A DNA stretch of 64,000 nt, from assembly GCA_000002445.1 (NCBI GenBank), contig CP000071.1:960001-1024000 (forward strand), given 5' to 3'. Of this stretch, positions 10,301 through 19,300 are shown piece after piece. The position numbers and the translations under genes are program-made. Within the stretch, counting starts at the first letter, position 1. Each line of letters starts with the position of its first letter. Origin of the DNA: Trypanosoma brucei (Eukaryota). The notes beneath the pieces were generated by a model, which was given only the letters and a program-made list of their open reading frames with translations, did no database searches and was not told the origin of the DNA.

Positions 10301-13300
10301 AAGCGTACACTTCAGGTGGTAGAGCGTATGTTACCTATCGAACCATCGGAAGACCGTTTGGAAGAAAAGGTTTTCAAACTGGACGTGGTTGTCACGGTTG
10401 CGGATGACACCAGGCCCCACATTGAGCCTGTGCCGTCCGTTCGCAAGTTGAGCCACGACGTGAATGGTGTGTGCAAGGCCATTATCGGTATTGTGAAGAG
10501 CATTCCTCGCCTGGAGGAGTCACTGCAAGCTCGAGTTGCGCAAGACCAAACGGACGATGCTGATGCAGGCAAACGACAACCATTTCAGTACAGCAGCTCC
10601 AACACGGATTCTCTTGCTCTCCGTGGATCGTACTTTGAGTACATGACTAGCGAGCAGGATGCGATATACAGTCTCCGCCATGTGCGTGAGTCCTTTGATG
10701 CTATAGAAGAGAAAGTGCGGGATAAGTTGACTCAGACTTGGCAGTTACACCAGTCGGACACCACGGACAGTTTGTGGACAACACAGAAGCAGGTCCGCCG
10801 TATCAAGCAAGGTTGGAAGCTCGAAGATTATCGTATTCACATGGACCATGTGGCCCAGCGTCGTGAAGGAATCAACAAGCAGGAGACGTTCTCTGATGTC
10901 CTTTTCCTCCAACTAGATTTCACCAAGATGAAGGAGAGCTTCCGCAAACAGTGCCAACTTGTTATTACTCACTATCATAGCCTGTTGTATGCGGATGCCA
11001 AGTCCGAGGTCGATGCTATCTACAAGAACTTTGTTTTAACCATTCAGGCACTGACAAAGGAACCACAGTCCCTGGATGAACTTGGTGACCAAATTAAGAG
11101 ATGCGCCGCCGCCACAGAGGCACTGCCAGAAATTTCGGCCAAGTTTGGACCAATTGCCGATACCTTCGCCCTCATTACCCACGATATGTACAACTTCGGC
11201 AGCGTTAGACCCGAGGATGTTCGTCGCTGCGAGGGGCTTCAGGAAAAATTTGAGGTGTACTCGGAACAGCTTGTGAAGGCTCAGCAGCAGCTGGCAAAGT
11301 ACAAAGAACAGTTTCGGCACGATGTGGAGACGGATATACGAGCTCTGTCGTCAAATTCCTACGCACTTCGTCAGAAGGTCGCTGAGGAGGGACCGCGGTC
11401 ACACACACTTTCCACTGAAGATGCGTTCGCCAAACTCAGCTCGCTTGGGTTGCGTGCGAAAGAATTACGTACCATGGAGAGTAGGCTTCAACAAGGTATT
11501 GAGATCTTCAACCTAGAGAAACCTCAGTTGGATGACTTGGTGGCTGCGGAGAAGGAGTTGGAGATACTTCGCAAAATATGGAACCTGTGTGACGAGTGGC
11601 GGCGAGAAAATTCATTGTGGCGTACTATGTATTTTATTAAGCTTAACAGTGAAAGTATGTTGGATGTCTGCGAACGTATTCGTAAGGACACACTGAGGCT
11701 CCGGAATGAACTCCAGATGACAGATGTATGGGTGAATCTTAAAGAAGAGGTGGAGCTCATGAAACGGTTACTTCCCATTGTGGATGATCTTAGGACCCCT
11801 GCCATACGACCGCGTCACTGGGAGTTCCTCAAAGTACAGCTTGACGCCACGTTTAACATTGACGATGAGAGCTTCTGCTTGAATGACCTTATGGAGGCTC
11901 GTGTGGAGACGCAAGCAGAGTTCGTTGTTAACCTCGCTACGTCCGCGCGAGAGGAGATGAAAATTGAAACTGATCTTGAAAGAATCCGTACGTTCTGGGA
12001 GGATTCTGAGTTGATGATAGAACCATACCAAGGTTACCACAAAATATCCGGTGTAGACGACATTAACAATGCCTTAGCTGAACATCTTGCACAGTTGAGT
12101 TCTATGAAAATGTCACGGTTTGTAGACAGTTTTCGTCCAAAGGTGATTCAATGGGAGCAGACGCTGTCAATTGCAACAGATACAATAGAGGCTCTCCTCA
12201 CGGTGCAGACGAAGTGGATGTATCTGGAGAACATCTTTATTGGCAGCGACGATATTAAGCGGAAGCTAGCGGCTGAGTCAAAGAAGTTTGATGGCGTGCA
12301 TTCTCAGTGGCTGGCGATTATTACGCGATTTATTAACGATCCGAACGTGGTTCGCGGCACACGGCGTGATGGATTGATTGATCAGTTGCAGAACATGAAT
12401 AACAGTCTTGAATTTATCCAAAAGAGCTTGGAAGGCTTTCTTGAGGATCGCCGTCGTGTGTTCCCCCGCTTTTACTTTCTTTCCAACGACGACCTCCTTG
12501 AAATCCTTGGCCATACGAAAGATCCATCCAAGGTCCAACCACACTTACGTAAGTGCTTCGAAGGTCTTTACCAACTGTCACTTAAGACTGTCCGCCAGCG
12601 CACTGTTGCGGACGCAATGCTGTCGTCCGATGGCGAAACTGTCGCTTTTACTCCCGCTGTACAGGTGGGAGGGTTGCCGGTTGAGTCCTGGCTCCGTCGT
12701 GTAGAGGTGAAGATGCGTGAGATGATGCAAAAGCGAATCAACGCCACGGTTGATGACTTACAGAAGAGCGTTTTTGAGACTAAGAAATCGATTTCGCGTG
12801 ACAGTCTGAAAGCCTGGGCTGAGCGTAACGAAGGCCAAAGCATTATCACAGCTTCTTGCATCAACTGGACTTTGATGACAGAAAGTGCCATCACGGAGTA
12901 TGGCGAGCTTCACTCGGGTGGCTTAGGTTTACAACGTCGTAAGGCCTCCCCGCTGTACAAAGTGTATAAGCGATGGAAGGGGATGATTAAGAAATACTGC
13001 CAGCTCGTCCGTCAGCCACAGAACCGCGTTCAGCGCAGCAAATTGGTGGCGCTCATTACAATTGAGGTGCATTCTCGGGACATTTTGCGTCAGGTTCTTG
13101 CTGCGCGCGTCCACCAGGATGATGACTTTGAGTGGTCGAGGCAACTTCGTTTCTATAGGGAGGAGGATGAGTCAACTGATCGTCCACAAGAGGGTCACAA
13201 AATTTGTCTTGTTAGGCAAACTTCTGCAACGGTCCGCTATGACTATGAATACCTGGGAAACAGTGGGCGTCTCGTCGTCACTGGCCTCACAGACCGGGCA

Positions 13301-16300
13301 TACATGACACTGACAACCGCACTACAGTTGCACCGAGGAGGGCTTCCGCAGGGTCCTGCAGGAACAGGCAAGACGGAAACTGTGAAGGATCTTGGCAAAG
13401 CTATCGGCAAGTACGTCATGGTGTTCAACTGCTCTGATGGTCTAGATTACAAATCTGTTGGTCGGATGCTCAGTGGTATTGCGCAAACGGGTTCGTGGTC
13501 GTGCTTTGATGAGTTTAACCGTATTGAGGTGGAGGTGCTTTCTGTTGTGGCGCAGCAGATTCTGTCAATCCTCACAGCCGTTTCCGAGCGCAAAGATCAT
13601 TTCCTCTTCGAAGGTTCAGACATTCCACTCAACATGAACTGCGGTCTTTTCGTCACAATGAATCCGGGTTATGCGGGGCGGTCGGAACTCCCTGATAACC
13701 TTAAGGCGCTACTTCGTCCCATTTCCATGATGGTACCAGATTTCGCACTTATTTGCGAAATTACTTTGTTGTCAGAAGGCTTTGAGGAGTCAGAAACTTT
13801 ATCGAAAAAGGTTTCGATTTTGTATGAGCTCATGGAAAAGCAGCTCTCGAAGCAGGATCACTACGATTTCTCCCTCCGTAACATCAAGGCGGTGTTGGTT
13901 CAGGCAGGTAACCTGAAGCGTGAGGGATTCCCGGGGACGGAGTCTCAATTGTGCCTCAAGGCAATGAACGATATGAACCTTCCCAAATTTGTAAAGGATG
14001 ACGTGCCGCTGTTTGTTGGAATGCTGAATGACCTTTTCCCTGGTGTTGAACCCGGTGATAGTGGACTGGGTGCTCTCCAAGAAGCCGCTGAGAAAGAATT
14101 GGATGCAGAGGGACTTGAGGTTAACGCACATATAGTGGTAAAGACGCTGCAGTTGTGGGACACCCTTCGTACCCGCCATGGTGTGATGGTTGTTGGGCAA
14201 ACGGGATCGGGTAAGACGGTGACCTGGCGTAACCTTAGTGGTGCTCTACGGCTTCTGAAGGAGCAGAATCTGGAACCTGGGCTGTACGAGCCTGTTAGGG
14301 TGTCATTACTGAATCCCAAGTCTGTCACCATGGATGAGCTATACGGCAGTTACAACCAAGCTACACGTGAATGGAAGGACGGAATTCTTTCGGACCTCAT
14401 GCGGCAGATTTGCCGTGACATAACGGACACGGCATATAAGTGGATGTTATTCGATGGTCCGGTTGATACGTTGTGGATAGAGTCCATGAACACTGTTTTG
14501 GACGATAACAAGATGCTCACACTTAACTCGGGTGAACGTATTACCCTTAACTCAACCGTCCGAATGATGTTTGAGGTTCAGGATTTATCGCAGGCCTCGC
14601 CCGCAACCGTTTCTCGTTGTGGTATGGTTTACTTTAACGTTGAGGACCTCGGGTGGATGCCGTTCTTTAAGACGTGGTTGAAGTCACGTTGGAAGTTTGA
14701 AATCACGATGGGCGCGCCGAGGCCCGACGATACCATCAGCGAACTGCAGGAGTATGTGAAGAACACAGTTACGCGCGTTCTGGAGTACCGAGCCCATGAG
14801 TGTGTTGAGTTGGTTCCAACTACCACCTTAAACGTCGTCCGGTCTTTCACGCGTATGTTAGACGCGCTTGCGAGCGTGGATGCTGAACCGTTTGTTCCTG
14901 AAGCCGCGCACTACGCTACTTCTCACGCAGGTGAAAACTATCTTCCCCAGTTGCGGATTCTTGCGACGTTCTGCCTCATGTGGTCAGCCGGTGGTTCCCT
15001 CACGACAGAATCCAGACAGAAGCTTGATGCCTTCATTCGTGAACTGGACTCCTCCTTCCCGTCCACAGAGACTATTTTTGAGTACTTCCCCGACCTGGGT
15101 GGCCTGCAGTGGAAGAATTGGAATGAACACGTGGACCTTCAGAAAACGTATATGCCAGCCACCGGCACCCCATACCACAAGTTAATTGTCCCTACTGTGG
15201 ATACTGTGCGTTACGAGTATATTGTGAGTCAGCTTGTACGCAGCCAAGTACAGTTGGTGCTTGTTGGGACAACTGGTACTGGAAAGTCTCTCATCGCAAG
15301 GCAGGTGCTGGCTAACCTTAGTAACGATGTGTATGTCACGACCCAGCTGAACTTCTCTGCACAGACGACAGCAGGTAACGTTCAAGACATTATTGAAGGA
15401 CGCATGGAACACAAATCAAAGAAAGTTTGCTGTCCACCGGGTGGTCGCCGTATGATTTGCCTTGTAGAAGACTTGAACATGCCGGCCAAGGAAAAGTTCG
15501 GTGCTCAGCCACCACTGGAGTTGTTACGTCAATGGTTAGACAATGGTTACTGGTACGACAGGAACACACGAGGAAGGCGAACCGTCAACGACCTCCAGCT
15601 GCTTTGCTGTATGACGTATGGCCGGCCAGACATCACGCCGCGGCTAATGAGTAAACTCAATGTGTTCAACATTACGTTTCCTTCAGAATCCGTCATCACG
15701 AAGATTTTCACTTCGATTCTTATGTACCGCTTGGAGCCGTATCCTGAGCTGCATAAGCTCGTGAACTCTGTTGTGAAAGCAACTCTTCAGACCTATCAGA
15801 AGGTGTCAGCGGATTTGTTGCCAACTCCGAGTAAGTCGCATTATTTGTTCAACCTTCGTGATCTCAGTAAAGTCTTCCAAGGCATCTACGGTTGCCACAT
15901 GGAATACCTTCAATGTAAGGAGCATATGGTGGCATTGTGGGCCCACGAATGTTTCCGTGTGTTCTCCGATAGAATGAATGATCCAAATGACAAGGCGTGG
16001 TTCAAGAACCTCATTTGCGAGAAGTTGGCAGATATCTTTCAAACTAAGTGGAACAACATCATTCGTGCACGTTCGCGCGACTCCCGCAACCAGGCAGTGG
16101 ACGAGAAGGAGAACCCTCTGTTTGTTGACTTCTGGGATGGCGAGTATGACGAGATGGCAAAGTACCGCCTTGTCCCCTCATTAGAAGCCCTCCGCGACAA
16201 GGTGGAGGAATACCTCGATGCCTATAATAGTGAGCCCGGTGCGCGGCAGATGAATCTCGTCTTTTTCACGGACGCCCTTGAACATCTTTGCCGCATCCAC

Positions 16301-19300
16301 CGTATCGTACGTCAGCCACGAGGTAATGCGCTTCTAGTGGGGCTCGGCGGTAGCGGCAGATATTCGCTTACGCGACTCGCCACGTACCTCGCGGGGTACT
16401 CGATATTCTCCATTGAGACTCACAAGAAGTATGACTTGGATCGCTTCCACGAGGACCTTCGCTCGCTTTACAAGGGATGTGGGCTGAAGGGTCAGCAGAG
16501 GGTCTTTTACTTCTCCGACAATCAGATCATGCAACCGGCATTCTTGGAGGACCTCAACAACATGCTCTCGACGGGTGAAGTGCCAAATCTGTTTCCTAAG
16601 GACGAGTTGCAGAATATTCGTGACACAGTATGCAAGCAGGCGATCGCGAGCGGGTACCGTGACACACCAGACGAGATGTACAACTTCTTCATCGACCGAG
16701 CGCGGACGAACCTTCATCTCGTGGTAGCTATGTCCCCCGCTCACAAACTGTTCCGCGCGCGCCTGCGCCAATTCCCCGCGCTGGTGTCATGCACGTCGAT
16801 CGACTGGTTTGTGGAATGGCCCAGTGAAGCGCTTCGTGAGGTCGGCTTACGTTACCTTCAGGAAACGCGTGAAAATAAGGAGGATGACGAACACCTTGGC
16901 ATCATTTCAGACTTCTTCGTTTATATGCACTACACAACCAGCACACTTTCGCGGGAGATGTTGGAGCAGGTACACAGGTACAACTACGTAACGCCCTCTT
17001 CTTACCTTGACATGGTGCGTGGGTTCCGCAGAATGCTAACACAGAAGCGGGACGAAATAATTGAGCAACGTGATAAGCTGGCGAATGGTATGGCAAAGCT
17101 CGAGGAAACCAAGCTGGCGGTGAGCAAAATGACTGAGGAGCTCAAAGTGCAGGATGCCAAATTGCAGGAAAAAACGGAGGAGGTAAACCGTGCGACGGAG
17201 AGTATCAAGGTACAGCAACAGAACGCGGAGGAACAGCAGAGTTTGCTCGCATCAGAGAAGGTAAAGATAGAACAAACGAAACGATCTGCGTTGGCTGACC
17301 AGGCGGAGGCTCAGGCGGATCTGGATCGTGCTATGCCCACACTATTGGAGGCGCAGAATGCCCTTGACAAACTTGAGAAGAACGATATTAACGAAATAAA
17401 GTCGTACAAAACGCCCGCCGCGATGATTCGGACAGTGATGTACGCCGTGCAGACGACACTGCGACGGAAGCTAGAGTGGGACGAGGCCAAAAAGTCGCTA
17501 AGTGAGCCTAAGTTCATTGATATGCTGAAGCACTATCACGAGAACAATGATATGACGGACCAGCGCCTTCTGGATAAAATTGAAAAGTATGTTAAACGTC
17601 CGGATTTTACTCCCGCTGCAGCAAGTGCTGTGTCTAAGGCTGCTGGTGGTCTTTGCCAGTGGGTGATAGCAATTCATAAGTATGGTAACATTTATAAGGA
17701 GGTGCATCCCAAGATTGTCAAAAACGAAAATGCGCAGCAGAAAGTCCGGGCCCAGGAGGAGATGCTTCGGCAGAAGGAAGAAAAGTTACAAAGGATTATG
17801 AGTGAAGTCAAACAACTAGAGCTTGCTCTGCAGCAAAATGTAGATGAGAAGATGCGCCTGATGCAGGAGGCGAAGGAGACGCAGATGAAGCTCGACCGAG
17901 CACGTATTATTGTTGATGGTTTGGAAGGTGAACAGGACCGGTGGATTGAGTCAATTGCCCGTTACGAGGCTGCTCTCGGCACGCTCGTTGGGGATGCCCT
18001 GCTTGTTTGTGGTTTCTTGTGCTACGCTGGTGCTTTTACTGCGGACTATCGGCAAAAACTGTGGTTAAATTGGATTAAGGAGATTAAGCGGCTGCAAATT
18101 GCAATATCGAAAAATTTCGACTTCGTGGAATTTCTTGCCGATCCAACTGAAGTGCGTGACTGGCAGCAGGCTGGTCTTCCTGGCGACGACTTCAGCAAGG
18201 AGAACGGTGCGGTGGTGATGCGAGGAACCCGGTGGCCTCTTATGATTGATCCACAGTTGCAGGCGATTAAGTGGATCAAGCGAATGGAAAAAGATAAGGG
18301 TCTCAAGGTTATTGATCAGAAGCAGCCGGACTTTCACAAGACGGTGGAGTACGCCGTCCAATTCGGTTGCCCATTACTTCTGCAGGATATTCTTGAGGAA
18401 ATCGATCCTCTGCTTGACTCAGTGCTTTCCAAGGCGATCGTGCGCAAGGGGGCGAAGCCTATTTTGAAGATTGGTGACAACTACGTGGAATACAACGACA
18501 ACTTCAAGCTTTACATAACGACACGCCTGCCGAACCCTCACTATACGCCCGAGATATGCAGCAAGGTCTGCTTGCTCAACTTTGCTGTACGAGAAACTGG
18601 CTTGGAGGAGCAGCTGCTTAAGATTGTGGTAGAGAAGGAGAAGCCTGAACTGGAGCAAGACAACGAGCAGTTGATTCTCGACACCGCCGAAGCGAGGAAG
18701 GAGACAAAACGTCTGGAGGATGAAATCCTCAACCTGCTCTCTACTTCACAGGTGTCGTTGTTGGAAAATAAGAAGCTAGTGGATACTTTGCAGTCGGCGC
18801 GTGTTATTGCAGCGAACATTAAACAACAGTTAAAGGAGGCGGAAATTACCGCGGAGAAGATCCACAGTGCCCGCGAGCAGTACCGTGAATGTGCCCGCCG
18901 CGCCTCTATTCTGTTCTTTGCGCTTGCTGATCTGGGGTCTATCGATGCCATGTACCAGTTCGCTCTTGATTCGTATATCGTTTTGTTCCAGGGCAGCATT
19001 CAACGGTCCGCGCAAAAAATCGCCACCCACACCCTAGAAGAGCGTGTGCGAACGCTCAATGATTGGCACACCAGCGCCGTCTACGCGAACACATGCCGAG
19101 GGTTGTTTGAGAAACACAAGCTGCTCTTCACGTTTCACATGACGATCCGTATCTTGCAGGCTGAAGGTCTGGTGAATATTGAAGAATATGTCTTCTTGAT
19201 GCGCGGTGGTCAAGTTCTGGACAAGCAAGGACGTTTGCCGAACCCTGCACCTTCGTGGCTTTCTGAGCGAGCGTGGAGCCACATCCTTGAGTTGGACAAG